In this document: positions 1 through 8,670 of the stretch, piece after piece
Numbering within the stretch: position 1 is the stretch's first letter
How the letters are laid out: each line of letters begins with the position of its first letter
Source: Candidatus Eiseniibacteriota bacterium
Lineage (GTDB): Bacteria > Eisenbacteria > RBG-16-71-46
NCBI GenBank assembly: GCA_038231135.1
Contig: JBBRLX010000028.1
Coordinates: 1 to 59,345 of the forward strand
Direction of reading: 5' to 3'
DNA length: 59,345 nt
Position numbers and translations under genes: made by a program
The notes under the pieces: model-generated
The model's database searches: none
What the model saw: the letters and a program-made list of their open reading frames with translations, nothing else
Told to the model about the DNA's origin: nothing

Positions 1-81
1 CGTAGTGGATGCGCGCAGGAGTCGCTCGAGCTCCTGCCGGTCCGAATCGTTGAGCGTAATCGAACGCAGGTGATTCGCCAT
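1..81 (-). CDS. IS630-family transposase, 5' fragment (runs off the window)
   Basis: ATG at 81 reads MANHLRSITLNDSDRQELERLLRASTT, resembling the usual IS630 N-terminus (I.L...R.ELE.L.R..T). A GGGAGGG RBS lies just upstream. Confidence 0.65.
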   Translation of the reverse strand, partial: MANHLRSITLNDSDRQELERLLRASTT

Positions 82-140
82 GGGTTCCCTCCCGTAGGGT
101 GCCATAGCCATGTTATCACGACTTGCAGTACGGAACACTA
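1..140 (-). mobile_element. Left end of an IS630-like element inserted at a CTAG/TA site
   Basis: The minus strand reads CTA|GTGTTCCGTACTGCAAG from 141. TA within CTAG is the typical IS630 target, and the transposase starts about 57 nt inside. Confidence 0.55.
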
Positions 141-1094
141 GCGCGCGACGACGAATCTCTGCGTCTTCCGCCCACCCTCGGCGGCCAGGTCGAGGAAGTA
201 CACGCCGTTCGATACCTGGCGTCCGTCACGCTTGCCGTCCCAGGTCAGGTTCCACGTTCCGGCACCCATCGAGCGATTCACCAGCGTCCGCACCAGGCGG
301 CCGCTCAGATCCACGATGCGCACCTGCACGTGCTGCTCGCGCGGCAGCACGATGCGATACGACATCGAGCCATGCGCTGGATTCGGCGACGGAGCGCTCA
401 GCGCGAGCGAGCCCGCGCCTCCCAGGGGAACGCCGGCCAGATGCTGAACCGTGCCGGTCTGGCCGCCGCTGTTCGTGAACGTGGCCGGGCCCACAGTCAC
501 CGCGTAGTCGGCGGCGTTGTTCGTGCTGCCCGCGCTGAACGCATTCTTGAACAGCAGCGCCTGCTCGGTGGCTGACGGCAGCGCGGCGCCGAAATCGGGA
601 TTGAACTGGCCGTCCAAATCGTTCGTCGTGTTGCCGGTACCCACGCCGGTGAAGCCCGCGCCGCCCCAGCTCACTCGCCAGTAGACCGTTCCGAAGTGAT
701 CCTCGAACGTCAGCGAGCCCGCCGGGAGATACGACGCCGGGATCGGGTTCGTCAGGATGAAGTCCGGGGCGAGGTTGGTGTTCGTGGCGGCCTGGAATCC
801 CGTGGTCGCTGCCAGGATGTGCGTGCCGCCGGCCGTAGGTGTCACGGTCGTCGGGTACGAAATGAGCACGATCGGGTTCGCGCCGGCGGCGTCATGGGCG
901 ATGAGTTCGCCGTTCTGCAACTGGTTCTGGAACGACGCGCGCATGCGGAGCTGGATCGCCTGCACGTCGGTGTGGCCACTCACCCCGCCGATCACCTGTT
1001 CGATTTGCATGACATGAAACGAGGCATGGGCGGGGCGCGGCGCGAGCGCGGCGACGGCGAACAATGGCAGGAGGTATCGGAGACGCAGGTTCAT
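138..1094 (-). CDS. Secreted protein with C-terminal FlgD-Ig / T9SS-sorting-like domain
   Basis: Start re-chosen at MNLRL (GGAAAGGA RBS). Signal peptide ending AHA; C-terminus PNP...DLSGRLVRTL...WDG...GVYFL. Confidence 0.8.
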   Translation of the reverse strand: MNLRLRYLLPLFAVAALAPRPAHASFHVMQIEQVIGGVSGHTDVQAIQLRMRASFQNQLQNGELIAHDAAGANPIVLISYPTTVTPTAGGTHILAATTGFQAATNTNLAPDFILTNPIPASYLPAGSLTFEDHFGTVYWRVSWGGAGFTGVGTGNTTNDLDGQFNPDFGAALPSATEQALLFKNAFSAGSTNNAADYAVTVGPATFTNSGGQTGTVQHLAGVPLGGAGSLALSAPSPNPAHGSMSYRIVLPREQHVQVRIVDLSGRLVRTLVNRSMGAGTWNLTWDGKRDGRQVSNGVYFLDLAAEGGRKTQRFVVAR

Positions 1095-1220
1095 CGGGGC
1101 TCCTTTCCGGCGGTGTAGGTGAGCCGGAAGCATAGCACCCGGAACCCCCTTTAATCCCTCGGTATTACTGCGTAGATACGCGCGAAGCGGAGCGCCGGAC
1201 AGACTGCGCTTCGCGCGGGA

Positions 1221-2816
1221 TCAGCCGACCTTTTCCGCCACGCTCTTGGCCTGCAGGAACAACAGCAGATAATCCCGGCCGCCGGCCTTGGAATCCGTGC
1301 CGCTCATGTTGAAGCCGCCGAACGGATGGGCACCCACGATTGCGCCCGTGCACTTGCGGTTGATATAGAGGTTTCCCACGAAGAACTCGCGCTTGGCGCG
1401 CTCGATCTTGTCGGGGTTCTTCGTGTAGACCGCCCCGGTGAGCCCGTACTCGGTGCCGTTCGCCACCGCCAGCGCCTCGTCGAAGTTCTTGACCGGAATC
1501 ACCGCCAGCACCGGGCCGAAGATCTCCTCCTGGGCGATCGTGGCGTCGGGCTTCACGTCGGCGATCACGGTCGGCTGGATGAACCAGCCCTCGGCGCCGG
1601 GCACCGGGCCGCCGCCCGTGATCAGACGGCCCTGCTGCTTGCCCTTCTCGATGTAGCCGGCGATGGTGTCGCGCGCCCGGCCGCTCACCACCGGTCCCAG
1701 GTACGTGCCGTAGGTCGCGGGGTCGCCGATCGTGATCTTGTCGACGTGCGCCTTGAGCTTCTCGAGAAACGGCTGGTACACCTGTTCGCTCACGATCGCG
1801 CGCGAGCACGCCGAGCACTTCTGCCCCTGGAACCCGAACGCCGACTGCGCCACGCCGAGTGCCGCTGCGTCGAGATCAGCCTCCTCGTCCACCACGATCG
1901 CGTCCTTGCCGCCCATCTCGACGACCACGCGCTTGAGCCAGATCTGGCCGGGCTGGACCTCGGCGGCGAGCTTGTTGATGCCGATGCCCACGGCCTTGGA
2001 ACCCGTGAACGACACGAACCGCGTCTTCGGATGGCGCACCATCGTGTCGCCCACCGTGCCCCCGCCGCCGCTCACGAAATTGAAGACGCCGGGCGGTAGT
2101 CCGACCTCTTCCATGAGCTGGTAGAACTGCCACGCGATCGCGGGCGAGTCGCTCGACGGTTTCACGACCACGGTATTGCCGGTGACGATCGCGGCACTCG
2201 CCATGCCCACACAGATCGCGAGCGGGAAGTTCCACGGCGGGATGATCGCGCCCACGCCGAGCGCCAGGTAGACGAGCGAGTCGCGCTCGCCGGCGAGCTG
2301 CACGATCGGGTCGGGCCGGTCGTAGCGCAGCATCTCGCGGGCGTAGAACTCGAGGAAGTCGATCGCCTCGGCGGTGTCGGCGTCCGCTTCGGCCCAGCTC
2401 TTCCCCACTTCCAGCACCATCCACGCCGAGAACACGTGGCGCCGTTCGCGCATGCGCTTCGCGGCCTCGATCAGGTAGGCGGCGCGCTCGGCGGCGGGTG
2501 TCCGGCTCCAGGCGGGGAACGCGGCGTGCGCGGTTTCGATCGCCTGCACGGCCTGCTCGCGGGTTGCCGACTGGAACCGGCCGATGACCTCGGAAGGGCG
2601 CGTGGGGTTGTGCGACTCGAACGTCTTCCCGCCCGTCAGGCGCTCGCCGCCGATCACCAGCGGATAATCGCGCCCCAGCTCGGACTTGACCTGCACGATC
2701 GCCTGCTCGAACGCCGCGCGATGCTGGGGCTGGGCGAAGTCGACGTAGGTGGTGGGGGCGTACTCCGGCAGCGACTGCGCATCGACCGGGACGATGCGCG
2801 CGGTGGTCGGATTCAT
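1221..2816 (-). CDS. pruA: L-glutamate gamma-semialdehyde (P5C) dehydrogenase
   Basis: ALDH motifs PPWNFP, FTGS, EMGGKD, FQGQKCSACSR, EEIFGP, GNLYINRKCTGA, GGFNMSGTDSKAGG. AAGGAGG RBS before MNPTT. Confidence 0.9.
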   Translation of the reverse strand: MNPTTARIVPVDAQSLPEYAPTTYVDFAQPQHRAAFEQAIVQVKSELGRDYPLVIGGERLTGGKTFESHNPTRPSEVIGRFQSATREQAVQAIETAHAAFPAWSRTPAAERAAYLIEAAKRMRERRHVFSAWMVLEVGKSWAEADADTAEAIDFLEFYAREMLRYDRPDPIVQLAGERDSLVYLALGVGAIIPPWNFPLAICVGMASAAIVTGNTVVVKPSSDSPAIAWQFYQLMEEVGLPPGVFNFVSGGGGTVGDTMVRHPKTRFVSFTGSKAVGIGINKLAAEVQPGQIWLKRVVVEMGGKDAIVVDEEADLDAAALGVAQSAFGFQGQKCSACSRAIVSEQVYQPFLEKLKAHVDKITIGDPATYGTYLGPVVSGRARDTIAGYIEKGKQQGRLITGGGPVPGAEGWFIQPTVIADVKPDATIAQEEIFGPVLAVIPVKNFDEALAVANGTEYGLTGAVYTKNPDKIERAKREFFVGNLYINRKCTGAIVGAHPFGGFNMSGTDSKAGGRDYLLLFLQAKSVAEKVG

Positions 2817-2997
2817 GACTCCTCCTTGGCGACGGCGCGCCGGCGCGCCAGCCGGCGAAACGAAGGTCTGCTCGTGATCGCTCACGGGAATGGATCGGCG
2901 TGACTTACTTGCGTCCCCATTCTCGATGCTCGTTGCCGGATTGGCAACGGTGGCCGGATTGTCGAACGCCGGCCGCTGCCTCTACTGTGACAGTGTC

Positions 2998-3900
2998 ATG
3001 TTTGCCACCCCCAAACCCGAGACCACCCGGCGTGCCGCGGCCCTGCCCTGGCTCGCGTTCGTGGGCTGCTGCGCCATCTGGGGCAGCACGTTCCTCGTGA
3101 TCCGGATCGGCAACGACTCGCTGCCGCCGCTGTGGGCCGCATCGGTCCGGCTGATGCTCGCCGTGGTGCTGCTGACGGCGCTGGCGTCGCGCACGGCCGG
3201 GGGGCTGCCCCGCGGGGCCGCGCTGCGCTCGGCGATGGTGTTCGGCATGCTCGCCTTCGGCTTCGGATTCTGCCTGCTCTACTGGGGCGAGCAGGGGGCG
3301 CCCTCGGGGCTGTCCGCCGTGATGTATGGCCTGGTTCCGGTCACCACGGCCCTGATCGCGAGCGCGCTCGGCCTGGAACGCCTGAAACTCCTCAAGCTGC
3401 TGGCGGCACTGGTCGCGCTGGCCGGGGTGGCGACGCTGTTTTCGGGGCAGCTCCACACCACGGCCCCGCCGGTGCGGCTCGGCGCGGTCATGGTGGCGGC
3501 GCTGCTGGGGGCGCTGGCGGGGGTGCTGCTCAAGCGTGGTCCGCGGCAGAACCCGCTCGGACTCAACGCCGTGGCCGCCATGACCGGCCTCGTTATCTGC
3601 CTCACCGCCAGTTTCGTGTTCCGGGAGCCCCACCCCCTGCCCCGGACGGCCGCCCAGCTGCTGCCAATCGTCTACCTCGCGGTGGCCGGCTCGATCGGGG
3701 CGTTCGTGCTCTATACCTGGCTCGTGAGCCAGTGGAAGGTCAGCCGCGCCAGCTTCATCGCCGTGGTGGTCCCGGTGGTCGCCCTGATCCTGGGCAGCCT
3801 GGTCCGCCACGAGACCCTGGGGGCCACCGGGGCGCTGGGGGCGGGCCTCGTGCTCGCCGGGCTAGCTTTGACCATCGCGGCGGACCGCCTGACGCGGTAA
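2998..3900 (+). CDS. EamA/DMT-family transporter
   Basis: About 10 hydrophobic segments, IWGSTF motif and two-fold EamA repeat pattern. Start is uncertain. Confidence 0.85.
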   Translation: MFATPKPETTRRAAALPWLAFVGCCAIWGSTFLVIRIGNDSLPPLWAASVRLMLAVVLLTALASRTAGGLPRGAALRSAMVFGMLAFGFGFCLLYWGEQGAPSGLSAVMYGLVPVTTALIASALGLERLKLLKLLAALVALAGVATLFSGQLHTTAPPVRLGAVMVAALLGALAGVLLKRGPRQNPLGLNAVAAMTGLVICLTASFVFREPHPLPRTAAQLLPIVYLAVAGSIGAFVLYTWLVSQWKVSRASFIAVVVPVVALILGSLVRHETLGATGALGAGLVLAGLALTIAADRLTR

Positions 3901-3997
3901 ACTGTTTGTCTGGCTTTCTCTCTGACTGGGCCTCATTCGATCGGCGTCGGCCACGCCCGCATCGGCGTGGCAGGACTCACAAAGGAACGAAACCGTC

Positions 3998-4726
3998 ATG
4001 GTTGAGAACGAACCTCCGAAGCAGGATCAAGCGAAGGACGAACCGCAGCCCACGGCATACATCTCCCCCCGGCTGCGGTCCAAGATGTCGGATCGCTACG
4101 AGGAAGAGGAGAAGTCGAGCACGGGAACGACGATCGCCGTGGTTGGGCTGATTGCCGTGATCCTCGTGTGCGGCACGCTGTTCCTGCTCGGGCAACAGCA
4201 CGCCAAGAAGACCACGGGCCAGACTGCCGACGCCTCGCCGGCGCCGGTTCCGGCGATGTCCGACTCCGCGGCGAAGGCGGATTCCGTCGCGCAGCTGGCG
4301 GCGGCCGACAGCATCGCCCAGGCGCAGTCCACGGTGTCGAAGCCGACGCCCGCGGCCGCGAAGGCGGCGGCGAAGGCGGCGAAGGCGGCCGCCGCGCAGA
4401 CGGCCGGAACCACGGCCGGCAATCCGGCGGGAGCCACGGCCGGCGCAGCCGCGCCAGCCGTTGCGGCGCCCGCGCCCACCCGCAAGTTCGGCATCGCGGT
4501 CGCGGACTTCCTGTTCGACGACAAGGCGGCCACGGAGAAGGACCGGCTCGCGGCCGCCACGTCGCTGGAGGCGTCGGTGGTCCCGAAGGACGACGGCGGG
4601 ACGACGACCTATCAGGTCGTGCTGGGAGCGTTCGACAGCCGCCAGGCCGCCGAAGCGAAGGGCGCCGAGTTGCTCGGCGCCGGCACGGTCAAGGAAAGCC
4701 GGGTCATCGCGCTCAAGAAGAAGTAA
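3998..4726 (+). CDS. Membrane-anchored SPOR-domain protein
   Basis: Single TM helix, Ala/Pro-rich linker, C-terminal YQVVLGAFDSRQAAE SPOR-like motif. Confidence 0.75.
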   Translation: MVENEPPKQDQAKDEPQPTAYISPRLRSKMSDRYEEEEKSSTGTTIAVVGLIAVILVCGTLFLLGQQHAKKTTGQTADASPAPVPAMSDSAAKADSVAQLAAADSIAQAQSTVSKPTPAAAKAAAKAAKAAAAQTAGTTAGNPAGATAGAAAPAVAAPAPTRKFGIAVADFLFDDKAATEKDRLAAATSLEASVVPKDDGGTTTYQVVLGAFDSRQAAEAKGAELLGAGTVKESRVIALKKK

Positions 4727-4753
4727 CCGGCCGCATTACCCCTTAGTGCCACG

Positions 4754-4781
4754 AGGGCCCCGTTCCTGCGAGCGGGGCCCT
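4754..4781 (+). terminator. Hairpin after the SPOR gene
   Basis: AGGGCCCCGTT-cctgcg-AGCGGGGCCCT stem; U-tail is weak. Confidence 0.45.
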
Positions 4782-4868
4782 TGGCATATCGTTGAAACCC
4801 GTGGCAGGGGGCCGCCGTAGAGAACAGTGTCAGCGCTCCACTCGAAATCCCTCCACCGGAGTCTGCCC

Positions 4869-5405
4869 ATGAAGCGCGCATTGTTCGCCCTCGCCCTGCT
4901 GGCCATCCTGCCAGCCCGTAGCGCCCTCGCCCACGACGCCGATGCGTGCGGTATGTCGTTCTCGTGCTGCGATCCACCCGTCCGCTGGGCTCAGCGCCAC
5001 ACCCTCGAGCCATCCCGGCTCACGATCACCACCACGGACGGGGAGGTGAACCTGGTCCTCACCGACGACGTCCTGGCGCTCCAGCTCTCCGACCACGTGC
5101 TGCACAAGATCCAGCGGAAACTGCGCAACGAGGAGGATTCGGACGACAACGTGCTCGCCCACTCGATCAAGCTGGCCGTGCTGTCGGGCGTGCGCGCCCT
5201 GCTCGATCACAGCGCCGAGGTCGCGATCGATGACGTGCGGGACGTGGACTACCAGCACGGACGGCTGCGGCTCATCACGCGCAACGGCCAGCAACTGTTC
5301 CAGAACACCGACGTCGACGATCGGAACGTCATGGAGGGATTCTCGGAACACGACGCGCGGGCGTTCGTGCGCGAGTTCCGCCGCGCGAAATCGGGATCGC
5401 ACTAG
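4869..5405 (+). CDS. Secreted hypothetical protein
   Basis: GGAG RBS, signal peptide MKRALFALALLAILPARSALA, typical codon usage. Confidence 0.7.
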   Translation: MKRALFALALLAILPARSALAHDADACGMSFSCCDPPVRWAQRHTLEPSRLTITTTDGEVNLVLTDDVLALQLSDHVLHKIQRKLRNEEDSDDNVLAHSIKLAVLSGVRALLDHSAEVAIDDVRDVDYQHGRLRLITRNGQQLFQNTDVDDRNVMEGFSEHDARAFVREFRRAKSGSH

Positions 5406-5503
5406 CCGGCGCGGAATTCGGCCGGCGGCGGGGGCCGCGGGACGGCTAACCCCGAAGCGTGCCACCACGGGGAATCGACCGCCTCGACCGGGGTCGGTCG
5501 AAA

Positions 5504-8500
5504 TCAGCGTATGAACAGCATCTTGCGCGTGCTCGTGAACCGGCCGGCGGTCAGGCGGTAGAAATACACTCCCGACGTCACCGCGCCCAGCCGCGCGCCG
5601 TCCGACGTCGCGGCGCCGGAACCGAACGACACGGCGTAGCGACCCGCCTCCTGCGCACCATCGACGAGCCGCGCCAGCCGGTGGCCGCGGACGTCGAACA
5701 CCTCGAGCGTCACGCGCGCCGCGCGCGGCAGCGCGTAGCGGATCTCGGTCGAGCGTCCGAACGGATTGGGATGGTTCTGATCCAGCGCGAACGCCACCGG
5801 TGGCGCCGGCGACACCGCCACGTTGCCGCGCGCAGTCCCATGCGCGACCACGCTGTGGGGTGCTGCGGTATCCGCCGCCGTGAACGTGATCACGGTGGTG
5901 TCGGCGCCCGCGGCGATCGGGTGATAGTAGACCCGCACCGTATCGCTCCCGCCGGCCGGCACCGTGAACGACGTGCGGCCCGCGACGAACTCGGGGTTGC
6001 TGCTCGACACGTTCGAGATCGCGAGCGGGCCGCCGCCGTAGTTCGACACCCGCACGTTGCCGTACGCCGTGGCGCCCGGATCGATCGTGCCGAGCTCGAG
6101 CGGAGTGGGCAGCGCCGAGAACGTGCTGCCGACTCCCGTGCCCATGAGCGGCACCGAGATCGTGGGCGAGCCGTGCGCGTTGCTCGCGATCGAGAGCATC
6201 GCGGGGTACTTCAGCAGCGTGGTGGGCCGGAACGTGACGCCGATCGTGTCCAGGGCACCCGGGGGGATCGTGAAGCCGGTGCGGCCCTCGGTGTATCCGG
6301 CGCCGGCGATCGAGACCGAGCTCACGACCAGCGCCGCGCTGCCCGGGTTCTGCAGCGAGACCACCAGCGTGGAGGCGCTGCCGGTCACGCGCGAGCCGTA
6401 GTCGAGCTCCGCCGGAGCGGCCTGCGCGAGCGGGGTCGAGATCTGGAAGCCCTGGTCCGATTCGTCGGACGGCGAGGCGTCCCAGGCGTCGCTCACCCGG
6501 ACGCTGGCGTCGTACGTGACGTCGTACGGCACGGTCCACGCGTAGCTGCCCGCGTCACCGGCCACGTCGGCCACCGGTTGCCAGGGATCGTCAGCGGTCC
6601 GGCGATATTCGATGCGGACCGTGGGCACGTTGAAATGCGTCCACAGGATGTTGTGAACGCTGCCCCCGGCCCAGGTCTCGCCACCGTTGGGCACGCTGAG
6701 ATTGATCGACTGGGTCGAGGACGGGGTGTATGGATACTGCGTCTGCAGCTTCCAGATCCCGAACCCCTGCTGGGCCAGCACCAGGTTCCGGTCGCGGGTG
6801 AAGATCCCGTAGTTCGAACCGACGGCGTTCACATTGACGGGCGGCTGCCACGTGGCGCCGCCATCGTAGGTGAAGTAGAAGTTGTTGCGGGCGTACTGGC
6901 CGAACACGATCACGTTCGGGTCGTCGCGCGCGACGTCCACGCCCCACGCCTGGTCGTTCGAGTTCACGGTCGGCCACGTGGCGCCGTAATCGAGGCTGCG
7001 CTGCACTCCGCCCGCCGACCAGTTGGTGCCGATCACGGCGTTGTTGCGCAGCCGGCCGCAGGCGAGCCCCGGAATCTCGGAGCCGCCCGACGCCGTGACC
7101 GTCGCCTCGAGCTGGAACGTCACGCCGCCGTCCGTCGAGCGGAAGTACTGCCCCTGCCCCACGCCGGTCACGCCGTCCGCGACGTACAGGATGTTCGTGC
7201 TGTCCGGCACGCACAGGATGTCGCACGGGCTGCGGAACGGGGTGCCGACCATCACGGGCGACCAGGTCAGTCCGAAGTTCGTCGAGCGCTGCAAAACCGA
7301 CGATTCCGGCGAGAAGTACACGGTGTCGGGATGGTCCGGGTCCATTTCGAGCGGGATGCCGTACTCGCCGAAGTCCTGGGTCAGCACCGTGTCCCAGCTG
7401 GCGCCGGCGTTCGTCGTTCGCAGGATGCGGTCCAGCAGCGGAGAATTCCCCGCCGCTGCGGCGAGCCACACGTTCGAATCCTTGGGCGACACCACGAACG
7501 CATTGCACTTGTTGAACGTGAACACCGAATCCGGATCCGGCAGCGTCGCGATCTGGGCCCAGGTCTCGCCGTCGTCGCGGCTGCGGTAGACGTATTTGTT
7601 CGCGGCGCAGAAGAACGCGTGCTCGTTCGCGGGATTCATGCGGATCGTGCTGCCGCGCACGTTGGAGATCGAGAGCTTCGACACGAACGTCTGCGTCATG
7701 CCCATGCCCGACGGCAGGACCCACGTGACGCCGCCGTCGGCGCTGTGGAACACGGCACGATTGTTCGAGCTCGCGAAGTAGCCCCGGGCGCCTGAGAACT
7801 CGAGCGCCGAGATCGTCCCGTGCATGCGGTGCCTGGCGAACGTCCAGGTGTTGCCACCATCGGCCGTGCTGCGCACGAACCCGCCACCGCCGGCCAGCCA
7901 GATCGTGGTGGCCGACTGCACCCGCACCACGCGCACGTCGGAGCGCGCATCGAGCTTGAGGTTCACCGGCTGCCAGTGGGCGCCGCCGTCGAGACTGCGC
8001 ACGCAGGTGCCGCGATCGCCGCCGATCCACACCGTGGCGCCGCTCGCATCGACCGAGCGCAGCCGGTTGGTGGTCGGAACCGCGACCGGCAGCCAGTTCG
8101 ATCCGCCGTCCACCGTATGCAGCACGGTGCCGTTGTCGCCGACTGCCCACCCGGTCACGGCGTCGGTGAACTTGAGCGCCCACACTGTGGCCACGACGCC
8201 GGAGATCTGATAGGTCCAGTTCGCGCCACCGTCCGTGCTCTTGAAGATCCTGCCGCTCGTGCCCGCGACGTAGGCCGCCCCGGGCGCGGGGAACGCCAGG
8301 GCGTTCAACTGGGGCGTGCCGAGCAGCACCTGCGTGGTCCACGCGCCGCCGCCGTTGGTGCTGGTCCACACGTGACCACCATCGCCGACCATGATCGCGG
8401 TGAGTCCCTGTGCGGCGATGCCGTGGAGCGGACCAACGCCGACCGTGGTGCTGAAGTAGTCGGCGCCGGAGTTCGTACTGCGGTAGACCGTGCCGCTGTC

Positions 8501-8632
8501 ACCGACCGCCCACACGTCCTGGCCATCGGGCGTGAACAGGCCCTGGAACCCCTGCGCGCGAACCCCCGCCGGGAGGGCGAGCAGGACGCTCGTGAGCAGC
8601 ATCAGGAATCTGCGCTGGATACGGCCGGTCAT
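5504..8632 (-). CDS. Secreted YCF48/BNR (Asp-box) beta-propeller protein with Ig-like (choice-of-anchor-D-like) domains and FlgD-Ig/T9SS-like C-terminus
   Basis: Many S/T.DGG..W Asp-boxes, two Ig-like repeats, C-terminal QNHPNPF...SGVYFYRL. AGGAG RBS before MTGRIQRR. Confidence 0.85.
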   Translation of the reverse strand: MTGRIQRRFLMLLTSVLLALPAGVRAQGFQGLFTPDGQDVWAVGDSGTVYRSTNSGADYFSTTVGVGPLHGIAAQGLTAIMVGDGGHVWTSTNGGGAWTTQVLLGTPQLNALAFPAPGAAYVAGTSGRIFKSTDGGANWTYQISGVVATVWALKFTDAVTGWAVGDNGTVLHTVDGGSNWLPVAVPTTNRLRSVDASGATVWIGGDRGTCVRSLDGGAHWQPVNLKLDARSDVRVVRVQSATTIWLAGGGGFVRSTADGGNTWTFARHRMHGTISALEFSGARGYFASSNNRAVFHSADGGVTWVLPSGMGMTQTFVSKLSISNVRGSTIRMNPANEHAFFCAANKYVYRSRDDGETWAQIATLPDPDSVFTFNKCNAFVVSPKDSNVWLAAAAGNSPLLDRILRTTNAGASWDTVLTQDFGEYGIPLEMDPDHPDTVYFSPESSVLQRSTNFGLTWSPVMVGTPFRSPCDILCVPDSTNILYVADGVTGVGQGQYFRSTDGGVTFQLEATVTASGGSEIPGLACGRLRNNAVIGTNWSAGGVQRSLDYGATWPTVNSNDQAWGVDVARDDPNVIVFGQYARNNFYFTYDGGATWQPPVNVNAVGSNYGIFTRDRNLVLAQQGFGIWKLQTQYPYTPSSTQSINLSVPNGGETWAGGSVHNILWTHFNVPTVRIEYRRTADDPWQPVADVAGDAGSYAWTVPYDVTYDASVRVSDAWDASPSDESDQGFQISTPLAQAAPAELDYGSRVTGSASTLVVSLQNPGSAALVVSSVSIAGAGYTEGRTGFTIPPGALDTIGVTFRPTTLLKYPAMLSIASNAHGSPTISVPLMGTGVGSTFSALPTPLELGTIDPGATAYGNVRVSNYGGGPLAISNVSSSNPEFVAGRTSFTVPAGGSDTVRVYYHPIAAGADTTVITFTAADTAAPHSVVAHGTARGNVAVSPAPPVAFALDQNHPNPFGRSTEIRYALPRAARVTLEVFDVRGHRLARLVDGAQEAGRYAVSFGSGAATSDGARLGAVTSGVYFYRLTAGRFTSTRKMLFIR

Positions 8633-8670
8633 GGAGCTCCTGCGGCGGCGCTGCCGTGCGGTCGCTGCGG

